Positions 39,300 to 48,757 of a stretch of DNA of 64,000 bases are shown here, piece by piece. Under the pieces are notes generated by a model. The model worked only from the letters and a program-made list of their open reading frames with translations, ran no database searches and was not told where the DNA came from. The stretch comes from an uncultured delta proteobacterium (GTDB taxonomy: Bacteria > Desulfobacterota > Desulfobacteria > Desulfobacterales > JAFDCJ01), in the NCBI GenBank assembly GCA_963769935.1, contig CAVYNY010000018.1, forward strand, positions 96,001-160,000, in the 5' to 3' direction. A program made the position numbers and the translations under genes. The stretch's first letter is position 1. Every line of letters begins with the position of its first letter.

Positions 39300-42200
39300 A
39301 TGCCCAAGCCGCCCAAAGCTGAGATGATAAGTGGGTTTATCGAAGAAGTGAAGAGCTATATTCCTTCTTTGATCGATGGATTGGACGCTCTCAGCAAATC
39401 TCCGGACAAAAGCGAGATGCTTGAGGAGACCCATCGCTTGGTACATACCATTAAAGGGGCGGCCTCAATGGTAGGGCTTTCCGGTCTGAGCAACATCGCT
39501 TTTCAGATGGAAGACTACTTGGACGATGTTATTGCGGGAAAGCAGGTCGTTAGCGACCTATCTCTCGCGACCATGCATAAAACCACTGAAAAATTTCAGG
39601 AATATTGCCGCTGTTATCTCAACGGCGGGGTGGCCTCGCGCACCATGTTCAAAGAAACGGTCACTGATTTCGCACGCACCCGTGGCTTGTCATTGGAAGA
39701 AGAAGCAAAGATTCTCAGTGAGCTAACGGAGTCTGTTCCCGAAATTGAAGCACTTGCAACCGAAGGAGAAAATGCACCTGAAACAAGCATTGCGCGCGAC
39801 CCCGCACGGATCAATAGAATCACTTCCGATTCCGGCGATGAGCAGGGTTCCGATACGGACTTCGCATGTGGTGACCGCTTTGCTGAATATCCGATTGAGG
39901 TCGATGAAGTTGTCGGGAAAAACGTTCAACCCGAACCCCACCGGATTGAACTTCCGCCTGAGCTGATGGAAAGCTTTTATGAAGAAGCCGAGGAACACCT
40001 GGAGGATCTGGCGCGTTCGTTGAATATTATGGAATCACAGGCCAAAGAGCCCATTTCCATTTCCGACTCCCTGCGGGAAGAAATTCGCAGGATAAGGCGA
40101 TCGGTCCACACTTTGAAAGGCGCAGCGGCCGTGATGCGGTTTCAGGAATTTGCCGACCGGGCCCATGCGCTTGAGGACCTTCTGGACTGGCTGTACGAAG
40201 AGGCCCGGGAAATCTCACCAGAAATAGTATCGGTGCTGACGGAATCCTCGGATCTGCTGGCAGAGCTGGTAGCAAAGCCATCCATGGCACATTCATCCAA
40301 GGCGAAATCACTCCAAAAAGAATACCAAAAGATTATGGGCCAGGGCCGCGGAGCCGTGGCAACAGACCCCGCTTCGCTTGAGGCTGAGGGCGAACTTGAG
40401 CTCGAAAACGACTTGAACGAAATACTCCAAGCCGAAGCTTATGCCGAAGATGCCGAAGCGCCGATCCCCTCCGTGGACGCTTCCCAATTGGATGAATCCG
40501 CGGACCCGCACCCGCGATTCAACAGGACACTCAGAGTCGATATGGCCCGAATCGACGATCTGGTCAACCTGGCGGGTGAGCTGATCATTGCCGTAAGCGC
40601 CTTCGACCAAAAAATGGAGATCTTCGCCGATTCCACCCATGACCTTGAATTATCCTGCGATCGGCTCAAAAACGTGGCCCGTGATTTAGAAGTCAATTAT
40701 GAAGTCAAGGCGCTTGACCAGCTAAAGACCGTATCTGATTTCTCGACGGATGTCCGGGGAGCGTCGTTGCCCGCCGGCGGGTTTGATGACTTTGATACCC
40801 TCGAGCTGGATCGGTATTCCGAACTCAATCTGATTATTCGAATGATGAATGAAACCGCCGTCGATTTAGGCGCCCTGAACTCTCAATTGACGAATCTCTA
40901 TCGGGAATTTGACGGTCACCTTCTCCGGCAACGCGTCGTACTCAGTGAGCTTCAGGAAAAAATGATGCTGGTTCGCATGACGCCGATGTCGATCATCACC
41001 AGTAAATTGCGCCGGACGGTGCGTGAGGTCGCCGGTAATCTTGGCAAAAGGGTCGCGTTTAGCATCACGGGCGAAAACATTGAACTTGACAGGATGATTT
41101 GGGAAAAACTTACCGACCCCCTTATGCATTTGCTCAGAAATGCCGTCGATCATGGTATTGAACCGCCTGCCGGGAGGGAGTCTTTGCAGAAGTCACCCGT
41201 TGCAACCGTGAAACTAGATGCATTCCGGGAAGGAAACCAGGTTGTCATTCGCATCGCGGACGATGGTGCCGGTCTGAACTTCCAGGCTATCCGGGCGACA
41301 GCCCGCCGGATGCAACTCGCCGATCACCTCGAGGATATTTCCGAGGATGATTTGTCGCGCTTTATCTTCTTCCCCGGTTTCAGCACCCGCGGCCAAATCA
41401 GCTCCATCTCGGGACGCGGGGTCGGAATGGATGTGGTCAAGGAAAATATACAGGATCTGAAAGGCGTCATCCGGGTTGCTTCTGAAAAAGGAAAAGGAAC
41501 CCAATTTACCATTCGCATACCGCTGACGCTGGCGGTGGTGCGAGCCCTGCTGTTCACCGCGGGCGGGCAGAAATTTGCCATTGCTTTAAACGAGATCAGC
41601 GAAATCATCCGGCTGAATCCGGAACATGTCTTAGGGCCCCATCAGGATGCCGTAAGGCTGAAAGACGAAGTCCTGCCGCTTTTTCAAATGGTCGATCTGC
41701 TGAATGGCGGTAAAAGAAAGGCCGAAGCGGTTATGGCTCCGGAATATCCGATTACCTTGGTGATTGAAAGCGGCGGCCGACGGGCGGCCCTGGTTGTTGA
41801 TACCTTGGTCGGTCAACGGGAAATCGTGATCAAAGGCCTGGGGTCGCATCTTCGCTACGTAAAGGGCATATCCGGGGTAACCATTATGGGTGACGGCAGT
41901 GTGGTTCCGATTCTGAACCTGGAAGAATTCTTGTGGTCCCAGACCTCAAATATTGCGGATACTTACCCTGATGCAGCGCTGGATATTAAAAGGCCCCTGA
42001 AAATAATGGTGGTGGATGATTCCATCAGTATCCGGCAGGTCATATCCCGGCTTGTGGCAGATCAGGGGTGGGAGGCCCAAACAGCCAAAGACGGCATCGA
42101 TGCTTTGGAAAAGCTTAGAGAAGGCCGGCCGGATCTGATCGTGCTTGATATCGAAATGCCACGAATGAACGGCTTTGAATTCCTGGGAGCCGTCAAAACC

Positions 42201-42425
42201 GAGTCCGGCTACGAGGACATCCCTGTGGTTATGTTGACCAGCAGGACAAGTGCCAAGCATCGGCAAAAGGCCAAGAGTCTTGGAGCCAGAGGGTTTATCG
42301 TCAAACCATACAAAGATGACGAATTTGTCCGGTTGATCCAAAAATTGACCGGCCGGCCGACGGGAAAAGATAATTCGCAACCGCAAAACGGGTTCGATAA
42401 TTCCAGCGGCCGGAACCAGGCCTAA
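39300..42425 (+). CDS. cheA: Hybrid CheA/ChpA-like kinase (2 Hpt, dimerisation, HATPase, CheW, REC)
   Basis: HTIKG and HTLKG, LRVD..LVNLAGEL, HLLRNAVDHGIE, GFST..SGRGVGMDVV and C-terminal REC. Confidence 0.95.
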   Translation: MPKPPKAEMISGFIEEVKSYIPSLIDGLDALSKSPDKSEMLEETHRLVHTIKGAASMVGLSGLSNIAFQMEDYLDDVIAGKQVVSDLSLATMHKTTEKFQEYCRCYLNGGVASRTMFKETVTDFARTRGLSLEEEAKILSELTESVPEIEALATEGENAPETSIARDPARINRITSDSGDEQGSDTDFACGDRFAEYPIEVDEVVGKNVQPEPHRIELPPELMESFYEEAEEHLEDLARSLNIMESQAKEPISISDSLREEIRRIRRSVHTLKGAAAVMRFQEFADRAHALEDLLDWLYEEAREISPEIVSVLTESSDLLAELVAKPSMAHSSKAKSLQKEYQKIMGQGRGAVATDPASLEAEGELELENDLNEILQAEAYAEDAEAPIPSVDASQLDESADPHPRFNRTLRVDMARIDDLVNLAGELIIAVSAFDQKMEIFADSTHDLELSCDRLKNVARDLEVNYEVKALDQLKTVSDFSTDVRGASLPAGGFDDFDTLELDRYSELNLIIRMMNETAVDLGALNSQLTNLYREFDGHLLRQRVVLSELQEKMMLVRMTPMSIITSKLRRTVREVAGNLGKRVAFSITGENIELDRMIWEKLTDPLMHLLRNAVDHGIEPPAGRESLQKSPVATVKLDAFREGNQVVIRIADDGAGLNFQAIRATARRMQLADHLEDISEDDLSRFIFFPGFSTRGQISSISGRGVGMDVVKENIQDLKGVIRVASEKGKGTQFTIRIPLTLAVVRALLFTAGGQKFAIALNEISEIIRLNPEHVLGPHQDAVRLKDEVLPLFQMVDLLNGGKRKAEAVMAPEYPITLVIESGGRRAALVVDTLVGQREIVIKGLGSHLRYVKGISGVTIMGDGSVVPILNLEEFLWSQTSNIADTYPDAALDIKRPLKIMVVDDSISIRQVISRLVADQGWEAQTAKDGIDALEKLREGRPDLIVLDIEMPRMNGFEFLGAVKTESGYEDIPVVMLTSRTSAKHRQKAKSLGARGFIVKPYKDDEFVRLIQKLTGRPTGKDNSQPQNGFDNSSGRNQA

Positions 42426-42561
42426 CGCCAGCAATCATTATGCATACATACCGGCGTTCGGCCTATTTGACCTTATACGGTAGTTTAAAATTCAACCCGG
42501 CAAAAACGCATACTGAGTTCTTTACGACGCTGGGTATAACTTGATGTAAAAGGGTATCGAA

Positions 42562-43653
42562 ATGACGGAGATACTGCTTTTCCGGGTGGGTGCCATGCAG
42601 TTCGGCATCGATTTGCCGCTCATCAGCAACATCCATAGCGCCAAGTCTTCGATCGTCCTGCAGAAAGAAGGCGGTGCCCGGCTGTTGCGGACAGAATCGG
42701 GTGAGGAAATGCCGGTTTATGATCTTGCATATCTTTTGAAAGGAGATGGCTTTTCCAATGATTCCGAAGACAAAAAGATAATAATGCTCCAAGTGGATAA
42801 AAATCCGATTGGACTGATCGTCGACCGCGTTGACCAGGTTGTGGCTGTCGACAATGCCGGGTTTGAACCGCTTTCTCCCATTTTTAAGGGTCCTGCGCAG
42901 GCCTGTTTTCCCAGAGTCTTGAAACAAGGGGATTCGCTGGTATTACTCCTGGCCCCGGAGGGAATTGTGAAAACAGCCCAGGCGACAATTGACACGCTTG
43001 AGTCCGGGGACGCGCCGGCAGCAGAGAGCGGCTCAAATGAAATCGAGCAGAACCACCGACGCGCCGACGAACCGGCGGACCGTTCAGCCCACGCATTTAC
43101 GCCGCCGGACGACGGCCGCAGACCGGAAGCCTTTTATTGCGAAGCCGCTCACGGCGCGCCCGAATCGGACATCCCGCCGCCCCCCGCTGAAGCAGTCGAA
43201 CCGGACGAGGATGCCGAGCCATACGGGAAAGCCGCCGTTGAAGGGTATTTGAAAGTTGATGCCCCTTCAATACCCGGAAAAGAAGAACGGATCGAAGAAG
43301 AAGCGACAACTCCAATGAAACAGGCTGAATCCAGCGCTGCCTTTCCCCCGGAGCCGGCCGCTGAGCCGGCCGAGGCGCTCGTGGAAGATAACACCGGTTG
43401 TCCCCACGCGGAAATTTTTCACGAGCGATTCGCCGGCAACCGTCACATAGAAAGCGCTGTAGCTGCCGTGTTGCCGGAAGAACAACTGGCTTCAATAGTG
43501 GAGAGGATTACCCATAAAATCATTCTACAAGCCAAGCCGGCTGAATTGGTCCGCAAAATATTCGCGCAGGCTTTGGAAGGTCTTTTACAGCAAAGTGATG
43601 GCAAACAAGGAAATAATTCAGGGCGGACGGGTGCCCAACCGCCTCTGGAATGA
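42562..43653 (+). CDS. CheW-domain protein with long acidic/Pro-rich C-terminal extension
   Basis: LLFRVGAMQFGIDL...MPVYDL...IGLIVDRVDQV, followed by an E/P/A-rich region. Confidence 0.75.
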   Translation: MTEILLFRVGAMQFGIDLPLISNIHSAKSSIVLQKEGGARLLRTESGEEMPVYDLAYLLKGDGFSNDSEDKKIIMLQVDKNPIGLIVDRVDQVVAVDNAGFEPLSPIFKGPAQACFPRVLKQGDSLVLLLAPEGIVKTAQATIDTLESGDAPAAESGSNEIEQNHRRADEPADRSAHAFTPPDDGRRPEAFYCEAAHGAPESDIPPPPAEAVEPDEDAEPYGKAAVEGYLKVDAPSIPGKEERIEEEATTPMKQAESSAAFPPEPAAEPAEALVEDNTGCPHAEIFHERFAGNRHIESAVAAVLPEEQLASIVERITHKIILQAKPAELVRKIFAQALEGLLQQSDGKQGNNSGRTGAQPPLE

Positions 43654-43674
43654 GTATTCACCTGAAAGGCCGAT

Positions 43675-44169
43675 GTGATGCAGAACAATGCAGACTTTAC
43701 AATGTCACCCGGAAGGGTGCTCATTTTCCCCGCGCAGGTTCCGAGGGTTTCGGACCGCGAGGTTAGCTTTTTATTCAGCCTGCGCCAAATGGAGGATATC
43801 CTGATGGATGCAGCGGTGCGCCCGGTCCCCTTCTCCCCGCCATACGTCGAGGGCATCGCCCAATGGCGCAACCGGGTGCTGCCGGTGGTTTCGCTGGAGA
43901 AGTGTTTGGGGATGGCATCACTGGCCGCGCGCCAGCATCAACGGCTGATGGTAGTCCGGGCGCCAAATAATGATTCCGCGCAGGCAGGTGCGAATCGAAT
44001 CATGCTGCGGGTGGTACCCCCAATCCGAATGCTGACACTTCCGATTGACTGCTCGCCTGCCTCCGACGCCTGGATTTCCCAACCAAATCTGACAAGAGGC
44101 GTCTATGAGTGGCAGAACGGATTTCTCGTGGTGGCCCACCTGGAACATATCATCCAGGGGGAAAATTGA
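43675..44169 (+). CDS. CheW-like protein
   Basis: PVPFSPPYVEGIAQWRNRVLPVVSL motif. Confidence 0.8.
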   Translation: MMQNNADFTMSPGRVLIFPAQVPRVSDREVSFLFSLRQMEDILMDAAVRPVPFSPPYVEGIAQWRNRVLPVVSLEKCLGMASLAARQHQRLMVVRAPNNDSAQAGANRIMLRVVPPIRMLTLPIDCSPASDAWISQPNLTRGVYEWQNGFLVVAHLEHIIQGEN

Positions 44170-44187
44170 ACCGGTGATGGAAAGAAC

Positions 44188-45474
44188 ATGAATCAAAAGT
44201 CAACCTTGGAAAACGGTATAAGAGTGGTTACGGAATCCATGGCGGGGCATCGCTCCATTTCAATGGGCATCCTGATTGACGCCGGCCCCCGTGATGAAGC
44301 GCCGGACCAATGCGGGCTGGCCCATCTGGTTGAGCACGTAATGTTTTGCGGCACCAGCAGCCGCAATGCAAGTCAGATCGCCCGTTTCATGGACGAAGCC
44401 GGGGGCCATATGGGTGCTTTCACTGCCAGAGATTATACCTGCTACTCCGCCTCGGTGTTGGATGAATATTTCACCTACGCGCTCGACCTTCTGGGTGACA
44501 TTCTTCTGAACTCCATATTTCCTCCCGACAACCTCGCGCGGGAAAAAAGCGCCATTTTGCGGGAGATGGAATGCGCCGGCGATGTGCCTTCCCAGCAGGC
44601 GCACGATTTTTTAAAGGCATTTGCCTGGCCTGATCACTACCTGGGCCGTCCCATCGCCGGCCGGACGGAAACGATCAATTCCTTGACCAGGGAAGATGTG
44701 ATCTATTTTGTGTATGAACACTATTTACCGGACCGGTTGATCGTGGCGGCCGCAGGCAATGTCGATCACCACGATTTTGTAGCCCAGGTGCGCGACGCCT
44801 TCTGGCGCATGATCGGCAAAAGCCTGCCGGCAGCCGCCGCATTGCCGGCCCACCGGGCAGGCGTGATGCTGGTACACAGGCCGGTCTCGCTGGTCTACTT
44901 TTCCCTGGGTATCCGGGCCTGTGCATACGCCCATCCGGATCGTTATAAATTACATATGCTCAATAACATTCTAGGCGGAGGTATTAGTTCACGGCTGCAC
45001 CGCCGTCTAAGGGAAAAGCGGGGACTCGTTTATCACATCGGCTCTGAATATCATGCCTATCGCGATGACGGGATGCTGGTTATTGAAGGCAGCACGGTGC
45101 CGGAAAATGTCCAGCCGGTCATAAGCCTGGTTGTTGATGAAATTCGGAAACTGATATCTGCAGATGAGCCGGTGGCCGAAGAAGAACTCTGGAAAGCGAA
45201 AATGCAAATCCGCGGACAGCATCTCATCTCCGGTGAAAATACCAATACCCGTATGAGCCGGTTGGCGGTTCAGGAGCTCTATTTCGGAAGGCAGTTGCCG
45301 GAGGACGAAATCCTGGCTGAAATAGACGCCATTCAGGTCGAAAAGCTGCAATCACTGGCCGACGAGGTTTTAAGGGCTGCGCTCAATCGCGCGACGATCG
45401 CAGTTGTCGGACCGGAGGCGCCGGATCACTATCAGAAATCAGCCATTGAAGGACTGTTGGGTGATCCGCATTAA
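44188..45474 (+). CDS. M16 (pitrilysin/insulinase) family Zn peptidase
   Basis: LENGIRVV, GLAHLVEHVMFCGT (HxxEH), AFTARDYTCY and LGGGISSRL...LREKRGLVY motifs. Confidence 0.93.
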   Translation: MNQKSTLENGIRVVTESMAGHRSISMGILIDAGPRDEAPDQCGLAHLVEHVMFCGTSSRNASQIARFMDEAGGHMGAFTARDYTCYSASVLDEYFTYALDLLGDILLNSIFPPDNLAREKSAILREMECAGDVPSQQAHDFLKAFAWPDHYLGRPIAGRTETINSLTREDVIYFVYEHYLPDRLIVAAAGNVDHHDFVAQVRDAFWRMIGKSLPAAAALPAHRAGVMLVHRPVSLVYFSLGIRACAYAHPDRYKLHMLNNILGGGISSRLHRRLREKRGLVYHIGSEYHAYRDDGMLVIEGSTVPENVQPVISLVVDEIRKLISADEPVAEEELWKAKMQIRGQHLISGENTNTRMSRLAVQELYFGRQLPEDEILAEIDAIQVEKLQSLADEVLRAALNRATIAVVGPEAPDHYQKSAIEGLLGDPH

Positions 45475-45500
45475 AGCGATACAAGAAAGGAGGTGATTCA

Positions 45501-45656
45501 ATGGGCCTTAATCCTGTCGTTAAAAAGAACTGGATCGATATCCAGAAGCAGCACGATGTACCGGTCAATGCCATTGGGGTCAAAATTGGTGCCAAGGACG
45601 AAAAGACCATGAAAGTATGGAAAGAGGAGGGGATTGATCAATTTATAAAACGCTGA
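45501..45656 (+). CDS. Small 51-aa protein of unknown function (below the ORF-track cutoff)
   Basis: AAAGGAGGTGA RBS; MGLNPVVKKNWIDIQKQHDVPVNAIGVKIGAKDEKTMKVWKEEGIDQFIKR*; co-directional within the operon. Confidence 0.8.
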   Translation: MGLNPVVKKNWIDIQKQHDVPVNAIGVKIGAKDEKTMKVWKEEGIDQFIKR

Positions 45657-45834
45657 CTTTTGCAATCAAACCTGGAGGGCCGGCGTGACGACGCGCATAC
45701 CCGGCCCTTCCGTCGCCCGGGGGCTGCGGCAAGCAGTTAATTGGTGGCAGCTGCTTTCCGGTCGGAAATATCTTCATCATTGGGACGGAAGACTTTTCCG
45801 AGCTGAAAGCAGCACTAACAGAAGGAGAGAAACA

Positions 45835-46203
45835 ATGACCGACGCAAAAATTCTGGTGGTTGAAGACAGCCCGACATATCTGCGCCAAATATCAAATTTA
45901 CTGCAAGACAACGGGTTCCAAACCATCACCGCTAAGGATGGAGAAGAAGCGCTGGAAAAAGCTGTCCGGGAAAACCCGAGTGTGATCGTCCTGGACATCA
46001 TCTTGCCCAAAAAAAACGGATTCCAGGTTTGTCGTCAGCTGAAAACTTCACCCGCCACCCAAGAAATTAAAATCCTGATGTTGACCAGCAAATCTCAGGA
46101 CAGCGATCGCTTCTGGGGTCTGAAACAGGGTGCAGACGATTATATGACCAAACCGTTTAAAGATGAAGAACTGCTGCATAACATTGCTAAACTTATTTCA
46201 TGA
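45835..46203 (+). CDS. Second PilH/CheY-like response regulator
   Basis: VVEDSPT, LDIILPKKNGF and LTSKSQDSDRFWGLKQGADDYMTKPF motifs; AAGGAG RBS. Confidence 0.92.
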   Translation: MTDAKILVVEDSPTYLRQISNLLQDNGFQTITAKDGEEALEKAVRENPSVIVLDIILPKKNGFQVCRQLKTSPATQEIKILMLTSKSQDSDRFWGLKQGADDYMTKPFKDEELLHNIAKLIS

Positions 46204-46315
46204 GCTTTCGGAACCGAACATGATGGAATCATCGTGTTTTCCGGTCGACAACTCATCCGGTAGCCGGCAGGGATGCACGAACCAAAGAGGGGAAATCGAT
46301 ATAGGGAGGTAAAAA

Positions 46316-48706
46316 ATGATTATCAAGCGAAGGCAGGCCAAAAATCCAAAAACCGCCGAGAAGACCAAGCGTCTGAAAAGATTGTTTAATTTCAATTTGC
46401 CAAACCTGCGGGTGGGCACCAAGCTGCAGGGCGCTATTATCCTGACCGTGGCTTTGGTCCTGGGAATAATCAGCGTAATAATAATAGGATCGTACCAGAG
46501 TTCGATCATCCGCGATAGAAAAAATGTCATGCAATCAAGACTGGATACGATCGCCACGAAAACTGAGATGGAAAACGAACAGGTGGGGTCGATCGTGATG
46601 AACCTGGCGCTGTCCCAGACCAACAGCCATTTTGGTCAAAGAATCAAAGCACTGGAATATTCCAAGGCCCTCCTTCAGAGATTTCCCAATCTTATGAGCG
46701 CCTACATCAACTACGAGCCGAATGCCGATAGCCAGGATGCAAATTACGCCGATCGGGCCCTGTATACCTTGGACGGCAGGTTCTGCCCCTACTGGTACTG
46801 GCAGAACCCGCTGATCAAAGAAGTGCTTCTGCTGATGCCGGCCGAAGAATTGGATACCAGTGAACAGTATAAGGGCGCCAAGGATAAGTGGCAAAAACTG
46901 GTCGGAACCAATGCCGACCCAAAAGAATACCTCTATTTTACCGAACCGTTTGTTAACCAGGAAATTCCGATGATATCGGTCTCATATCCGATTGTTGTCA
47001 ACCGCAAATTCATGGGCGTCGTCGGTGCCGACCGCTCCCTGACGATGTTGACCGAATCGTTGAACTCCTTCAAGCCGTTCTTGAGTGCAGACGTTTTTCT
47101 CTTGAGCCGCAAAGGTGATTTTGTCGCGGCAACCGGAGAATACGTCAAAGCGGGATTGGTCGGGAAAAACCTGAAAGCTGTTCCGGAATTGAAGTCCATT
47201 ATGGAAAAGCACTTCGTTTCAAGAAGCAGGGGCATCATCGAAGTTGCGAAATCTCAAGGCAAGGAAGCCCGCTATGTTGTATTTTCGCCGGTCGGTGTCG
47301 GGGGCTGGATGCTCGCCATGACGGTGGACAAAAGTGAAATCGTGGCACCGGTAAACAGGGTCGTACTCTTAATCGGGGTCATTGCTGCCGTATCGTTTGC
47401 GGTTCTCGCCGGTGTTATCTGGGGTATTTCCCGATTTATCATTGTTCGGCCGATCCGCAGCATTATGAATCTTTTCAGCGAGATCGGGATGGGTAATTTT
47501 GAAGCCCGGGCCGCCGTTGTTACGCAGGATGAGATCGGAGAAATGGCCACCAGTCTCAATGCCATGCTCGACAACACCCTGGTCCTGATTCAAAGCCGGG
47601 AAGAGCGTGATGCCATTCAAGATTCAATCATGAAACTATTAGATGAAATTAGCGGACTGGCGGAAGGTGACCTGACCAGACGGGCGGTTGTGACGGCTGA
47701 AGTAACCGGCGCCATTGCCGACTCCTTTAATACCATGGCGGAACAGCTTAGCGGGGTCGTAAAAAATGTTAAAAAAGCTACTTTAGAAGTTACTTCTGTT
47801 TCACGGGACGCCAACGCCTCAAGCGCACAGCTGGCTAAAGCGAGCGAAGTTCAGGCCAAACAGGTAGCAAAAACGATCGAAGCCATTAACGATATGGCCG
47901 CCTCCATTCGGCAGGTGGCTGACAATGCCGTGCAGTCGGCGACCGTATCCGAACAATCTACCGCCAATGCGAGAGAAGGTTCCGTGGCTGTGCAAAATAC
48001 CAACAAAGCCATGGAGGAAATTCGTAAGAATGTCCAGGAGACGGCACGCTCCATTAAGCGCCTGGGGGAGAGCTCTAAAGAGATCGGAAATATTGTCCAG
48101 CTGATTAACGATATTGCCGATCGGACCTCGATTCTGGCACTAAACGCTTCCATTCAGGCTGCAATGGCGGGTGACGCCGGACGCGGATTCGCGGTAGTTG
48201 CCGAGGAGGTTCAGCGTCTGGCCGAGCGTTCAACCAACGCTACGAAGCAGATCGATACCCTGATAAAAAACATCCAGGGAGAAATCAATGAGGCCGGATC
48301 CAGCATGGAAGAAAGTATCCGGCGGGTTGTGGAAGGCTCCACTCTGGCAAGCAATGCCCATACTAAACTTCAAGAAATCGAATCGGTTTCCAATCAACTG
48401 GCTCAGATAACCCAATCCATTTCCCTGGCAGCAACCCAGCAGGCCAAGTTTTCGGAAAAAATCACGCTGACCATGCAGGAGATGGGCAAGGTCAGCTCCA
48501 AAAACCTTTCCGCAAGCCGGCAGACTACCCAGGCTATCAACCAGCTGACCAAAACTTCAGATGAACTGGCAGCATCGGTCGGCGCCTTCAGGTTGGAGGA
48601 AGAAATAAAATCCCGGAAACCAAAAGAGGCTAAACTGGAAAAAATTAAGCCTGTTACGCCGCATCACCGGGCGGCACCCCAAGGGCAGGCGGAAATTGCC
48701 GTTTAG
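46316..48706 (+). CDS. Methyl-accepting chemotaxis protein, PilJ-like, with Cache-type periplasmic domain
   Basis: Two TM segments, YFTEPF..ISVSYPI..GVVGAD, HAMP, and LALNASIQAAMAGDAGRGFAVVAEEVQRLA. Confidence 0.95.
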   Translation: MIIKRRQAKNPKTAEKTKRLKRLFNFNLPNLRVGTKLQGAIILTVALVLGIISVIIIGSYQSSIIRDRKNVMQSRLDTIATKTEMENEQVGSIVMNLALSQTNSHFGQRIKALEYSKALLQRFPNLMSAYINYEPNADSQDANYADRALYTLDGRFCPYWYWQNPLIKEVLLLMPAEELDTSEQYKGAKDKWQKLVGTNADPKEYLYFTEPFVNQEIPMISVSYPIVVNRKFMGVVGADRSLTMLTESLNSFKPFLSADVFLLSRKGDFVAATGEYVKAGLVGKNLKAVPELKSIMEKHFVSRSRGIIEVAKSQGKEARYVVFSPVGVGGWMLAMTVDKSEIVAPVNRVVLLIGVIAAVSFAVLAGVIWGISRFIIVRPIRSIMNLFSEIGMGNFEARAAVVTQDEIGEMATSLNAMLDNTLVLIQSREERDAIQDSIMKLLDEISGLAEGDLTRRAVVTAEVTGAIADSFNTMAEQLSGVVKNVKKATLEVTSVSRDANASSAQLAKASEVQAKQVAKTIEAINDMAASIRQVADNAVQSATVSEQSTANAREGSVAVQNTNKAMEEIRKNVQETARSIKRLGESSKEIGNIVQLINDIADRTSILALNASIQAAMAGDAGRGFAVVAEEVQRLAERSTNATKQIDTLIKNIQGEINEAGSSMEESIRRVVEGSTLASNAHTKLQEIESVSNQLAQITQSISLAATQQAKFSEKITLTMQEMGKVSSKNLSASRQTTQAINQLTKTSDELAASVGAFRLEEEIKSRKPKEAKLEKIKPVTPHHRAAPQGQAEIAV

Positions 48707-48757
48707 GAGCCGATCCAATAAACTAGAAAATCCAGTCTCAATCGAGGAGAATTTGAC

